Source: Candidatus Micrarchaeota archaeon (GTDB lineage: Archaea; Micrarchaeota; Micrarchaeia; Anstonellales; SKW190). Taken from it: DNA of 59,459 bases. The notes below the pieces were generated by a model. That model did no database searches. It had not been told where the DNA came from and was given only the letters and a program-made list of their open reading frames with translations. The DNA lies in assembly GCA_026414265.1 (NCBI GenBank), contig JAOAJI010000001.1, positions 4,009 through 63,467 on the forward strand, written 5' to 3'. Of the stretch, positions 1 to 9,942 are shown one piece after another (positions within the stretch are counted from its first letter, which is position 1; each line of letters starts with the position of its first letter). Position numbers and translations under genes: made by a program.

Positions 1-213
1 GCTATTAACGGTGATTTACTGTATCCTGAATATTTCCACAACGATGCTGAAACCTTTAAGAGGTATGACACTACAAGACATCACAACAATCTCAAAGCAG
101 TTTTTTCTGAAGACAACAGACTGGTTGCTGTAGCAAAAATAATTAAAAGTGTTAAAAATAATAAACCTACATATTTTTTAGCGCCTAAAAAAGTATTCTT
201 GAGTGAACTATAA
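1..213 (+). CDS. Partial CDS (3' end), resembling the C-terminal PUA-like domain of tRNA pseudouridine synthase TruB/Cbf5
   Basis: Frame +1 is open from base 1: AINGDLLYPEYF...AVFSEDNRLVAVAKII...LAPKKVFLSEL*, with TAA at 211-213 abutting the next ATG. The NG...LVAVA...LxPKKVF pattern recalls TruB C-termini. Not in the ORF track. Confidence 0.45.
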   Translation, partial: AINGDLLYPEYFHNDAETFKRYDTTRHHNNLKAVFSEDNRLVAVAKIIKSVKNNKPTYFLAPKKVFLSEL

Positions 214-1458
214 ATGGCAGTTCAAATTTCAAAGAGTTGGTTAAGTTTACTTATCCTTTTTAGTTTATTGAGCACTTACTTTTATTCATCCATATCTAAT
301 GGCCAAGACAATAAAACAAATCAAACTGAATCCAATCTAACCATATACTATTTCTGGAGTTACACTTGTCCTCATTGCAAGGCAGCAAGACCTTTCATAG
401 AAACAACTAAAGTTAAGTACCCTCAAGTCACTTGGATAGAATATGAAGTTACTGCATTCCCTGAAAACGCTAAGCTGTTTGAATCATTTGCAAAAGCCCA
501 TAAACTGAATCATACAGGGACCCCAACATTCTTTATAGGTGGTAAAGCGATAATAGGTTGGAGAGACGAAGAGACGTCAGGTAAGCTAATAGATGAACGA
601 ATAAATTTCTGCCTGAATAACCCTGAATCATGCCAGGATTCATTAAAGATTACAAAAGGAGAGCTTAATTTAACCATTAACGAATCTCAACAATTACCTG
701 ATTACACAAAAGTAAGATTACCGCTGTTCGGAGAAATAGACTTGTCCAAATATCCCTTACTTGTAATAGCGATAGTAATAGGCTTGTTAGACGGTTTTAA
801 CCCTTGCGAAATGTGGATACTTGTTTATCTCATTACTCTCTTAGCATTGGAAAGAGACAGGAGAAAAATGATTATAATAGCAGGAAGCTTTATTCTGGCT
901 TCAACTGTTCTGTATTATCTGATTCTAACAGCCTGGCTAAACGTATTTTCATACCTGAGTTTTATCGAAATTCTCAGAATGTTAGTAGGGCTTTTTGCTG
1001 TTTCAGCAGGAAGCTATGGCATATACTCTTATTACAAGAATAGAGACAAGCCAGATGCCTGTGAAGTTGTCAGCCCTAACGAAAGGAAAAAGATCATTAA
1101 TATGATTAAAGAATTGACAAAACCACAGATAATGCCTGCTACTATTTTAGGGGTTATGTTCTTGGCCGTGAGTGTAAATCTCATAGAGTTTGTGTGCTCT
1201 GCAGGTTTTCCTGCAATTTTCACAAAGATTTTAGCTGATAATAAACTCTCTTTCTGGGAAAACCAATTCTATATTCTAGTTTATTTGTTCATGTTCGAAT
1301 TTGACGATTTAGTTATCTTTAGCATTGCGATACTAACCTTGTCTGCGTATAAAGAAACAGGAGAGAAGTACGCTAGACTAAGCCATTTCATAGGTAGTGT
1401 GATCATGTTAATTCTTGGACTATTCCTATTGTTCTGGCCTGAAGCACTAATATTTTAA
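214..1458 (+). CDS. Thioredoxin/glutaredoxin domain fused to a DsbD/CcdA-like transmembrane domain
   Basis: N-terminal signal/TM segment, FWSYTCPHC and GTPTFFI, then a multi-TM region with conserved cysteines (DGFNPC, EFVCSAG). Confidence 0.8.
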   Translation: MAVQISKSWLSLLILFSLLSTYFYSSISNGQDNKTNQTESNLTIYYFWSYTCPHCKAARPFIETTKVKYPQVTWIEYEVTAFPENAKLFESFAKAHKLNHTGTPTFFIGGKAIIGWRDEETSGKLIDERINFCLNNPESCQDSLKITKGELNLTINESQQLPDYTKVRLPLFGEIDLSKYPLLVIAIVIGLLDGFNPCEMWILVYLITLLALERDRRKMIIIAGSFILASTVLYYLILTAWLNVFSYLSFIEILRMLVGLFAVSAGSYGIYSYYKNRDKPDACEVVSPNERKKIINMIKELTKPQIMPATILGVMFLAVSVNLIEFVCSAGFPAIFTKILADNKLSFWENQFYILVYLFMFEFDDLVIFSIAILTLSAYKETGEKYARLSHFIGSVIMLILGLFLLFWPEALIF

Positions 1459-1506
1459 ATGCTTTTATGTTCATCGTTATTCTATTAAACTTTTTATTTA
1501 ATTGTT

Positions 1507-1630
1507 GCCGAGGTGGCGGAACCTGGTAACGCGCACGCCTGGAGCCGCAAGTTTATAAAGAAAAAATTAGAAATAAAGACAGTGAGCGTGTTCCTGAAAA
1601 GGATTCAGGGTTCAAATCCCTGCCTCGGCG
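1507..1630 (+). tRNA. tRNA-Ser(GGA) with a 40-nt intron at 37/38 (1545-1584)
   Basis: Acceptor GCCGAGG/CCTCGGC plus discriminator G, anticodon stem CACGC/GCGTG, anticodon GGA at 1541-1543, long variable arm, T-arm CAGGG-TTCAAAT-CCCTG. Confidence 0.93.
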
Positions 1631-1650
1631 TTTCTCAATAGATTGATTTT

Positions 1651-2097
1651 ATGATACCAGAAATTGTTGGAGGAAGCATAGAACTTAATTTTGAAAACAA
1701 TTCGCTAAAATTCAAATCAGAAGATACAATCAAATTAGAGCTGAAACTGAAGATACTCAGAGAGGTTAGAGCAAATGAATTATCGGTAAGCTTCTACGGA
1801 CTCAGACTCGAAAGCTACGGTAGAACTCTTTATTACAAGAAAGTCTACGAGGTTAAACAAGTATTAGAATCTGTGAAGACTTATCAACCAGGTGTTTATA
1901 CTTATAACGTAGAGCTAAAGGTACCAGTACTGAAAGAACCCAAACTAGAAGGCTTTGATAAAATCGTTTATGACATGAGTAAGTTTTTTGTACCCCCTAT
2001 TAAATGGTACGTAGAGGCAAAACTAGACATACCTTTAGCTTTTGATATAAATAAAAAACTTGAATTAAAATTGGAAGGAGAACCGATTTATACCTGA
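1651..2097 (+). CDS. Arrestin-N/SpoOM-like beta-sandwich protein
   Basis: Alternating beta-strand pattern with PGVYTYNVELKVP and WYVEAKLDIPLAFDINKK, typical of arrestin-fold N-domains. Confidence 0.5.
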   Translation: MIPEIVGGSIELNFENNSLKFKSEDTIKLELKLKILREVRANELSVSFYGLRLESYGRTLYYKKVYEVKQVLESVKTYQPGVYTYNVELKVPVLKEPKLEGFDKIVYDMSKFFVPPIKWYVEAKLDIPLAFDINKKLELKLEGEPIYT

Positions 2098-2193
2098 CAT
2101 AAAAGATAAAGTTCGCGAATCTTTTTTCATTCAGGTAAAATTATAAATCTAAATTCTGATAATGTCATGTTTGAGTGTTAGGGGGTTTGATTT

Positions 2194-3060
2194 ATGCCTT
2201 TCTTGGATTGTTGTTTAAGTTTACTCTTTATCATTTTAGTGATATTATTATCAAGTCTACAAATAATTATGCAATATCAAAGAGGTCTAAAGTTCAGATT
2301 TGGAAGGTTTGTAGGTCTTCTACAACCTGGGCTTCACGTGGTTATTCCAATTATTGAAAGAGTTGAAATAGTCGATATGCGGCTTATGGCCCTTGACATA
2401 ACCAAGCAAGAGACCCTAACAAAAGATAACATCTCTACTTCAATCAACGCCATTATATTCTATAGAGTGACAGATCCTATAAAAGCAGTTCTCAATCTGC
2501 AAAACTTTACATTAGCACTTTTCCAGCAAGGACAGGCCGCAATGAAAGAAGTAGCTGGATCAGTAGAACTAGATAAACTGCTGTATGACAGAGACGCTAT
2601 CTCTGAAAAAATAAAAGAAATTGTTAGCAGAGAAACTGATGATTGGGGAATAGACATAATCGCACTAAAGATACAAGACATTGAATTACCTGCTGACATG
2701 AAGAAAGCAATTGCAAGACAAGCACAAGCAGAAAGAGATAGAAGAGCAACAATATTACAATCCCTAGGAGAAGCAGAAGCCGCTAAATTAATTGCTCAAG
2801 CATCTGAAATAATTAATTCTACTCCTGGAGCCATGCATTTGAGAACATTAAATGCTCTAAATGTGCTTTCAAGTGATAAAACAAACACGATAACTTATGT
2901 ATTGCCTATTGAAGCAGAAACCTTTGACGAAGAAGAAGAATGGAATCTGACTAAAGATTCTGGATCTGGAAATACATCGACAAATGAAAAGACTGATGAA
3001 AATGAACAAGAAAAGGATAACAAATCAAGTTTTGGGTTCGAGATCAGAAAAAAAGCATAA
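2194..3060 (+). CDS. SPFH/band-7 (stomatin-like, slipin) protein
   Basis: N-terminal TM, PGLHVVIPIIE, QETLTKDNI, WGIDI..KIQDIELP and an AERDRRA coiled coil. Confidence 0.93.
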   Translation: MPFLDCCLSLLFIILVILLSSLQIIMQYQRGLKFRFGRFVGLLQPGLHVVIPIIERVEIVDMRLMALDITKQETLTKDNISTSINAIIFYRVTDPIKAVLNLQNFTLALFQQGQAAMKEVAGSVELDKLLYDRDAISEKIKEIVSRETDDWGIDIIALKIQDIELPADMKKAIARQAQAERDRRATILQSLGEAEAAKLIAQASEIINSTPGAMHLRTLNALNVLSSDKTNTITYVLPIEAETFDEEEEWNLTKDSGSGNTSTNEKTDENEQEKDNKSSFGFEIRKKA

Positions 3061-3092
3061 AATATAAATAGAGATATTTATGAGGTGAAAAT

Positions 3093-3812
3093 ATGGTCAT
3101 AGCAATAATTAATCAATACGAAAAAGGAATAAGGTATTTCTTAGGCAGGTATGAAACGGTTTTAGAGCCTGGGCTGTGCCTAAACATTCCTTTCATCCAT
3201 AAGATAGACAGATTAGACATGAGAACAATAACGATAAAAATCCCTAGACTCGAATGCCTTACAAAAGACAATGTGTCTATTAAAATAACTGCTGCAGTTT
3301 ATTACAAAATTGTAGATATACAAAAAGCAGTACTAGAAGTAGCTAACGTGGACTATACTGTAATGCAGTATGCACAAACAGCAATGCGTGACGCTGTTGG
3401 AAAATGGGAACTGGACAAATTATTGTCAGAAAGAGATACCATAGGTAAAACCATAGAGAAAATTGTTGATACTGAAACTGCTAACTGGGGTGTAGATATA
3501 CAAAGCATAAAAATCCAGGACATTGAAATTCCTGAAGATATGAAAAGGTCTATGGCAAGAGAAGCAGAAGGAGAAAGAATAAGAAGGTCCCTACTCATTC
3601 TCGCTGAAGGTGAACTCGAAGCAGCGAAAAACTATGCAAATGCAGCAAAAACACTGAAAACTTCAAGCGGAGCGATGCATTTGAAAACTCTGCAGGCACT
3701 CACTACAAGCATAAGTATGGAAGACGCTCCAACACATATTTATTTAGTGCCAAAAAACCTGCTCAGAGCCCTTGGTGCACTCGGAAGCACATCACTAAAA
3801 ATTAAAAAATAA
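3093..3812 (+). CDS. SPFH/band-7 protein (tandem paralog, no N-terminal TM)
   Basis: EPGLCLNIPFI, ECLTKDNVS, WGVDIQSIKIQDIEIP; SD-like GAGGTGA upstream. Confidence 0.92.
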   Translation: MVIAIINQYEKGIRYFLGRYETVLEPGLCLNIPFIHKIDRLDMRTITIKIPRLECLTKDNVSIKITAAVYYKIVDIQKAVLEVANVDYTVMQYAQTAMRDAVGKWELDKLLSERDTIGKTIEKIVDTETANWGVDIQSIKIQDIEIPEDMKRSMAREAEGERIRRSLLILAEGELEAAKNYANAAKTLKTSSGAMHLKTLQALTTSISMEDAPTHIYLVPKNLLRALGALGSTSLKIKK

Positions 3813-3839
3813 TGCCAAAACCTATAACTAAATTAAATT

Positions 3840-5456
3840 TCATGAAAACAAGTATGCTGAAGAAACAATGTAGATCGGATAAAATGTAGATAAACCTAAA
3901 ACCACTATCAAAAAAACATCTTTACCGTAATTCAAACCTAATATCAAAGAAATAGAATAAACGATAAAATACGTATACATCAATAAGTACTTGTCTATTA
4001 TCGCACTTTTTGAATCTGTATCTGTTACCTTCAAGGATTGAGTCTTCAAGGCAGATAACAGGCCTAAAAACAAAGGAAACATTAAAATGGAAATGATTAA
4101 TGCATACCTTGGAACCCTTACTAAAGATTCGCGCTCTCTTTCTAATTCCATCATCTTTAATAGATGTTGATGCGAAGCTATTATCGCATCCCTAAACTTA
4201 TTGCCTATGTGATAAAGCAAAAGCAAATTCGAAACTAGCTCTTTTATTAGAGATGAACTTATCAAATTCTTTGAACTAAAGTCTGAATTAAAACTAGAAT
4301 AGCGATTAATTAATCTGATAAGTGAATTTTCAGTGCCAATGCTTTTCATGTCCCTGTAAAGTTCAGAAAAAATAAATGAAATATTTCCATATTGCTTTTT
4401 TGACAATTCCCTTATCATATCATCAAAAGACATGACATTGTCAAGAGTACTTATGTGAAGATACGTGTTTGCCATATCTTCTACTCTAAATTTGGAGTAA
4501 CTACTGTAAATTGAATAAGCAGAATAAATAAGAAATACGAATGAAACTATCAGCAAATAATAGTCTAACTCAAAAAAAATCATGAGATAGAAAAGAATCA
4601 AAATGACAAAAGACTTGATGAACTGGATCACAAATCTCTTCCAATAAATCAAATCTTGTATACTTGGATTCATCAACTCTGATATTACAAGCAAAAGCAA
4701 TAACAAAAAAGAAAGAATTACATTTGAAGAATCGTGGCTGTCAGAAAAGAAAAATGATACAGCATTAAAAAATAGAGGAAATAAAACACCAAAAGAAACA
4801 AAGACCAATATAATAAACGTATACAAAGAAGCGTACTTTTTTACATCGTTTATATAATATTGATAAAAAATTTGATAAGATGATGAAAATACTTCACTGA
4901 CTTTGCCTGTCTGATAAGAAATAATTAAAAACTCTGAAAACATCTCAATTCTGTCGCTATACCAATCAGTAAAAGAGTTCTTAACTGCTGAAGAAAAGTC
5001 ACTTCCTTCGTCTAACCTTCTCAAAAGTGCTTTGAAATTTTTTGATAACAGATAAATATCGTTTTCAGCCAATATTCTAACCATCTCATAAATGGAAATA
5101 AATGAGGAAAAGGACATAACATTTCCTGTTATTTTAACAAGTTCGTAATGAATAATGTTCAGTTCTCTCAGGTAAGACAGAAGTGGTAAGAAATATAAGA
5201 TTATTACGACTAACAGGAAAAGTAGAAGTGATTCATAGATATACATTTGAAAAATAGTAAATGAAATTCCTGAAACTGAAAATGAAAATAAAATTACAAA
5301 GAGTAAATACTGCTCATAACTTATACGCGTATGAATGATTTCTTTTACTATGTTCTCGCTAAATCTGTTGTAGAGCTTTTTGCGAAACTCATAAGATGAA
5401 AAAAAATTTACCAACAAGTTCTTGGACTTGTGATCATAATTTCGCATAGATCTCAT
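3840..5456 (-). CDS. TadC/T2SSF-like membrane platform protein of a type IV pilus-like system
   Basis: Multi-TM protein with two cytoplasmic helical segments (RRLDEGSDFSSAV; RDMKSIGTENSL); overlaps and lies downstream of the secretion ATPase. Confidence 0.6.
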   Translation of the reverse strand: MRSMRNYDHKSKNLLVNFFSSYEFRKKLYNRFSENIVKEIIHTRISYEQYLLFVILFSFSVSGISFTIFQMYIYESLLLFLLVVIILYFLPLLSYLRELNIIHYELVKITGNVMSFSSFISIYEMVRILAENDIYLLSKNFKALLRRLDEGSDFSSAVKNSFTDWYSDRIEMFSEFLIISYQTGKVSEVFSSSYQIFYQYYINDVKKYASLYTFIILVFVSFGVLFPLFFNAVSFFFSDSHDSSNVILSFLLLLLLVISELMNPSIQDLIYWKRFVIQFIKSFVILILFYLMIFFELDYYLLIVSFVFLIYSAYSIYSSYSKFRVEDMANTYLHISTLDNVMSFDDMIRELSKKQYGNISFIFSELYRDMKSIGTENSLIRLINRYSSFNSDFSSKNLISSSLIKELVSNLLLLYHIGNKFRDAIIASHQHLLKMMELERERESLVRVPRYALIISILMFPLFLGLLSALKTQSLKVTDTDSKSAIIDKYLLMYTYFIVYSISLILGLNYGKDVFLIVVLGLSTFYPIYIVSSAYLFS

Positions 5457-6741
5457 CTACTTTTTTTGAGAGCTCATAGAACGCTAGCTTCTGACCGAGA
5501 ATGTCTTTGGCAATGTTTACAAACTTCATAAGCATATCGTAATCACTGATTCCTACTTTAGACATTTTGAACTTAGTTTGTTCGTCTAAGCTTTCATAAA
5601 AAGTCCTAAACGATGTTGGAGAAGAAAGAGCACTATGACGAATTAATAAGTCTGCCCTAGGAAAATAAATATCGTTTAATTCCCTAATCTCAATCAACTC
5701 TTTTTTACCGTTGTTATCAGTTAATTGCCTGAATCTACGAAGATTAAGAATAGCGTCAGAAACAGAAATTACATCATTACTTATTCCGTAATTCTCAAAC
5801 CTCTTCAGCACTTCTCTGGAAGAATTTGCATGCATGGTTGTATAAAAACTCCTTGCCTGACCAGATAACATGCACTCAACTAATGCTTCTGCTTCTTCCT
5901 TTTTCCTTATCTCGCCTATAACTAACCTGTCAGGCCTCATCCTCAATGAATCCCATATCAGATGTTTCAATCTTATATCCCCAAATTCAGACAAATGAAC
6001 AACGTGGTCGTTAATAAAATTCAATTCACGCGTCTCTTCAATCACAAGTATCCTTTCATTTTGTGAAAAAAACGAAGAAAGTGCATTCAATAAACTTGTT
6101 TTGCCACTAGCTGTGTTACCTGATATTATTATGGAAGAATCGCTTAGTACAAGTAGCCAAAGCAGTGCTGCTACATCTGAACTAATAATGTTGGAAGAAA
6201 CAAACTCACATAAGCTATAGGGAATCAAATTGAATTTTCTTATAGTTAGTTCACAATCGCTTATAGGATTAAGTGTAGCATGTAATCTGCCTATGTTAGA
6301 AATGTTGGCATTTAAATAAGGAATAGAATAAGTTATTCTTCTTCCACTTTCTCTGGCAAGTCTGTTAACCAATTCGATAAAAAAACTGCGATCTGTTATC
6401 TTCAAACCTGTTTTCAACCAACCCTTACCTTTAACATAGACATACACTGGTTTGTTTAAACCTATAATCGCTATCTCCTCAACATTGTTGTCTCTCAATG
6501 GTCTGTCAAAAAAAACAGTGTTGGACACTAATATCTTTATCAGCTTCTCAAATCTATCAAATTGATCTGGACTCAAGTAATAACCTTTGTCATACGCAAA
6601 GGAAGTCAAACTGTCTTTCAAATTTGTCAGATCAAAATCAGTGATCAGAAAATCGTTCAAAAATATGCTTTCGTTTTGTGTGATTATAGGGATGTCTAAA
6701 TCATACTCAATTTCTCTGGTTTCATAGGAGTAACCAAGCAT
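5434..6741 (-). CDS. Type II/IV secretion (CpaF/VirB11/archaeal pilus) ATPase
   Basis: Walker A GNTASGKT, Asp box IEETREL, LRMRPDRLVIGEIR, His-box TTMHANS. Confidence 0.92.
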   Translation of the reverse strand: MLGYSYETREIEYDLDIPIITQNESIFLNDFLITDFDLTNLKDSLTSFAYDKGYYLSPDQFDRFEKLIKILVSNTVFFDRPLRDNNVEEIAIIGLNKPVYVYVKGKGWLKTGLKITDRSFFIELVNRLARESGRRITYSIPYLNANISNIGRLHATLNPISDCELTIRKFNLIPYSLCEFVSSNIISSDVAALLWLLVLSDSSIIISGNTASGKTSLLNALSSFFSQNERILVIEETRELNFINDHVVHLSEFGDIRLKHLIWDSLRMRPDRLVIGEIRKKEEAEALVECMLSGQARSFYTTMHANSSREVLKRFENYGISNDVISVSDAILNLRRFRQLTDNNGKKELIEIRELNDIYFPRADLLIRHSALSSPTSFRTFYESLDEQTKFKMSKVGISDYDMLMKFVNIAKDILGQKLAFYELSKKVDEIYAKL

Positions 6742-6918
6742 AAAGAGTTATTGCTCGTATCAGATTAAAAACATAACAAGCATCTAACCAAATACTGACT
6801 AAATTATTTCTAGATTTTCTCATAAAAATGTTTTAATGACCATTTTGTGAAAATTTGAAGGTAAATTTTTTATGTGTTATGCAAATTATAAATGTTATTC
6901 GTTGAATTAGGTGATTTT

Positions 6919-8247
6919 ATGATTGTTATGAAATTTGGTGGCTCTTCAGTAAGAGACGCTGAAATGATAAAAAAAGTGACAGAAATAGTAAGAAGCAGTT
7001 TGGATAGAAAACCTATAGTAGTTGTTAGCGCGTGCCAAGGGATAACTGACCTTCTACTGAAAGCCATAGACGAATCATTTCAAAACAAGCTTGACGCTTA
7101 CTTGGAAATAGAAAAAAGGCACAGAAAAATTATCAATGACTTGAAACTCAAAGAAAATCTGATTGAAGACCTGTTGTCTGAGCTGAAAAATCTGTTAACA
7201 GCAAATTACTTCATAAAAGAAAAAGGTAACAGACTAAGAGACCACATAGCGTTCTTCGGAGAGCGTATGAGCTCAACCATCATAGCTGAATACATGAAAA
7301 CTACTGGATTAAATGCTAAACAGTTTGATTCTGGTGATTTAGGATTGATTACTGACGATAATTTTGGAAACGCTTCAATTATGCATAACACTTATGAGCT
7401 CATAAGAAAGGCTTTCAAAGAAAAAGTAAATAATCAAACAATACCTATTATAACAGGATTTGGTGGCAAAACTTTGAATAACGAATATACTACTTTTGAT
7501 AGAGGAGGCTCTGATTATGTTGCATCGATATTCGGAGCTGCACTCAATGCAGAAGAAATACAAATTTGGACAGACGTAAGCGGGATCTATTCGTGTGATC
7601 CTAGAATAGTACCTAATGCAAAAAAAATAGAACTCATGGCTTTTGAAGAAGCCTCTGAATTGGCATACTTCGGAGCAAAAGTACTTCATCCTAAAACTAT
7701 TCTGCCTGCGATTGAATCAAAAATACCAGTTAAAGTACTGAACACTTTTGACCCAGAAGATAAAGGAACTACTATCGTTGATAAATGTGAACACAATGAA
7801 ACTACTAAAATACTGGCCTTGTCTATAAAAAACGCAATAGTAATAGAAGTAAAATCAACCAGGATGCTTGACACTTATGGATACCTTGAAAAAGCTTTTG
7901 CCATCTTCAGCAAATACAAAAAATCAGTAGACATGATAACAACAAGCGAAATAACCATAACATTAACAGTTGATTCAGATAAATTTGTCAAACAAATCAG
8001 CGAAGACCTAAAACAAATTGCAAATGTCAAAACTTATGGGAATCAAAAAATAGTTTATGTGTTATGTAACCCAAAATTCGATAAAAACGAAATCGTGTCA
8101 TCAATTTTCAGGATTTCACAGGAAATAAAAGTTAATATCCACATGCTTTCAATGTGCTACGATACTATTAGTATAGGATTAGTAGTAGACGATAAAGACT
8201 CGGTAAAACTTGTTAAAGAATTACATAAAAAGCTCATAGAAACTTAA
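6919..8247 (+). CDS. lysC: Aspartate kinase
   Basis: MKFGGSSV, VVVSA, RGGSDY, WTDVSGIYSCDPR, ELAYFGAKVLHP and C-terminal ACT domains. Start moved to ATG 6919 after AGGTGA. Confidence 0.93.
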   Translation: MIVMKFGGSSVRDAEMIKKVTEIVRSSLDRKPIVVVSACQGITDLLLKAIDESFQNKLDAYLEIEKRHRKIINDLKLKENLIEDLLSELKNLLTANYFIKEKGNRLRDHIAFFGERMSSTIIAEYMKTTGLNAKQFDSGDLGLITDDNFGNASIMHNTYELIRKAFKEKVNNQTIPIITGFGGKTLNNEYTTFDRGGSDYVASIFGAALNAEEIQIWTDVSGIYSCDPRIVPNAKKIELMAFEEASELAYFGAKVLHPKTILPAIESKIPVKVLNTFDPEDKGTTIVDKCEHNETTKILALSIKNAIVIEVKSTRMLDTYGYLEKAFAIFSKYKKSVDMITTSEITITLTVDSDKFVKQISEDLKQIANVKTYGNQKIVYVLCNPKFDKNEIVSSIFRISQEIKVNIHMLSMCYDTISIGLVVDDKDSVKLVKELHKKLIET

Positions 8248-8284
8248 ATGCCTAACTTAATAACATTAATAACATAAAAAGAAA

Positions 8285-8357
8285 TAGCCCTACCAGGATT
8301 CGCACCTGGGTCTTCGGGTCCAAAGCCCGACGTACTTGGCTGCTATACGATAGGGCT
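8285..8357 (-). tRNA. tRNA-Gln(TTG)
   Basis: Reverse complement reads AGCCCTA...TCGGG-CTTTGGA-CCCGA...CCAGG-TGCGAAT-CCTGG-TAGGGCT-A; A1-U72 is typical of archaeal tRNA-Gln. Confidence 0.93.
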
Positions 8358-8396
8358 ATCAATAACTTAAGTAACGTAACTAATATGATAAAGTAA

Positions 8397-8600
8397 TCAA
8401 TCCTTTCTGTAAACAGTCAATGGTATGACACCTAACAAAAACTCTCTCTTTGCAATCTTTATGGAATCGTCTCCTTCTAAAACTTCAACTAATGGAGGTG
8501 CACCATAGCTCAATTGTAAAGCACGTGCTCCAATAATTCTAGCGATCTCATATCTACTTAAATTAAAATTACCATCACTCTTTTCTTTCATCGTATTCAC
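8397..8600 (-). CDS. rpo6: RNA polymerase subunit Rpo6 (RpoK)
   Basis: LSRYEIARIIGARALQLSYGAPPL signature; start may be ATG 8591. Confidence 0.95.
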   Translation of the reverse strand: MNTMKEKSDGNFNLSRYEIARIIGARALQLSYGAPPLVEVLEGDDSIKIAKREFLLGVIPLTVYRKD

Positions 8601-8754
8601 TCATTATACATGCTGTTAATTTATAGCATAAAGAATAATTTATAATTTTTACTATCCAAGTCGTTTATCAATACTTTAAAAACATTTTACAAAATAACTA
8701 TTAACGTTGAATAAATAAGTTTTTGAAAATCGATAATTTAGGAAGGTTTAGAAA

Positions 8755-8877
8755 GGGCCCGTAGCTCAGCGGTAGAGCGGCAGTCTTATATGACCCGTTC
8801 TGCTGTAGGAGATCAGAAATAACCTTGGAAAGGTCTAAGAGAGCTGTAGGTCGAGGGTTCGAATCCCTCCGGGCCCA
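8755..8877 (+). tRNA. tRNA-Ile(TAT) with a 51-nt BHB intron at 37/38 (8791-8841)
   Basis: Acceptor GGGCCCG/CGGGCCC plus A, anticodon TAT at 8787-8789, BHB with CTTA/TAAG central helix, 3-nt bulges and GACC/GGTC outer helix, T-arm GAGGG-TTCGAAT-CCCTC. Confidence 0.92.
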
Positions 8878-8949
8878 TAATTAAATATAACACAACTCGA
8901 ATACTAATGCTCTTTTAATTTTAATTTATATTATCTATAACTGACTCGT

Positions 8950-9942
8950 ATGAATAGACAAGAACTCTACTCAATAACACTGATAACATTTGTTAGCATA
9001 ACTTCTATTTTCGTTAGCTATCAATTTTTTGCAATTAATCAAAATCTAAAAAGCACATCAAACAATGAAACGAGCAATTTTTCATATACAATTGTCACAA
9101 CTTCATTTCCAGTATATTCGATAACCAAGGAACTTGTAAAAGAAACAGGCATACAAGTTAAGTTACTGCTTAAACCAGGAATGAACGCACATTTCTATGA
9201 GCCCAAATTTTCAGACATTCGTATAGCAGATAAATCAAGGATTGTTATTACAACAAATAAATACTTCGAAATCTGGGCAGAAAAATTAGCACAGGCATTG
9301 GACAGAAATAAGGCCAAATCTTTTGATGCAAGTGCTTATGTTGAGATGCTGTGTGAAAAAAATGATGAAATTACTTATGATGTCAGTGAACAAAAGAACG
9401 AATGCAATTTAGATCCTCACGTATGGCTGTCTCCTAAAAACGGTTTGTTGATTGCTAAAGGAATAAGGGATTTGCTGAAAACCGAATTTCCATCATATTC
9501 GGAAAAAATTGAAATGAACTATCAAAGAATTCTTGCAGAACTGAAAAAAATAGACAGTAATTATGAAAATATCTTGGCAAATTGTGAAAACAAAAACGTC
9601 TTTGTTTATCATAAAGCCTTAGGTTACCTTGAAGCACATTATAACATAAAGCAAGTGCCTATTTTAAATAACTTTGTACCTGAAGGAGAACCGTCTACAG
9701 GTCATGTAGAACTTATCATCAAGCAACTCAAAAGAATTAACGCTTCCCATATACTCATGGAACCTTATCTGAATCAAAAGAGTATCGAATACTTGAAGGA
9801 TCATGGAATAACACCTTTGAGTTTTGATACAATGGAAGTCTACTATAAAGAAGATGTTGATAATAATATAACATATACTCAGAAACTTGAGTATAACCTG
9901 GTCCAGTTAACCAAAGCGTTGAAGTGTGTTAAAAATGAATAA
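8950..9942 (+). CDS. znuA: Zn/Mn ABC transporter substrate-binding protein
   Basis: PGMNAHFYEP, LDPHVWLSP, YHKALGYL, EGEPS. Confidence 0.9.
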   Translation: MNRQELYSITLITFVSITSIFVSYQFFAINQNLKSTSNNETSNFSYTIVTTSFPVYSITKELVKETGIQVKLLLKPGMNAHFYEPKFSDIRIADKSRIVITTNKYFEIWAEKLAQALDRNKAKSFDASAYVEMLCEKNDEITYDVSEQKNECNLDPHVWLSPKNGLLIAKGIRDLLKTEFPSYSEKIEMNYQRILAELKKIDSNYENILANCENKNVFVYHKALGYLEAHYNIKQVPILNNFVPEGEPSTGHVELIIKQLKRINASHILMEPYLNQKSIEYLKDHGITPLSFDTMEVYYKEDVDNNITYTQKLEYNLVQLTKALKCVKNE

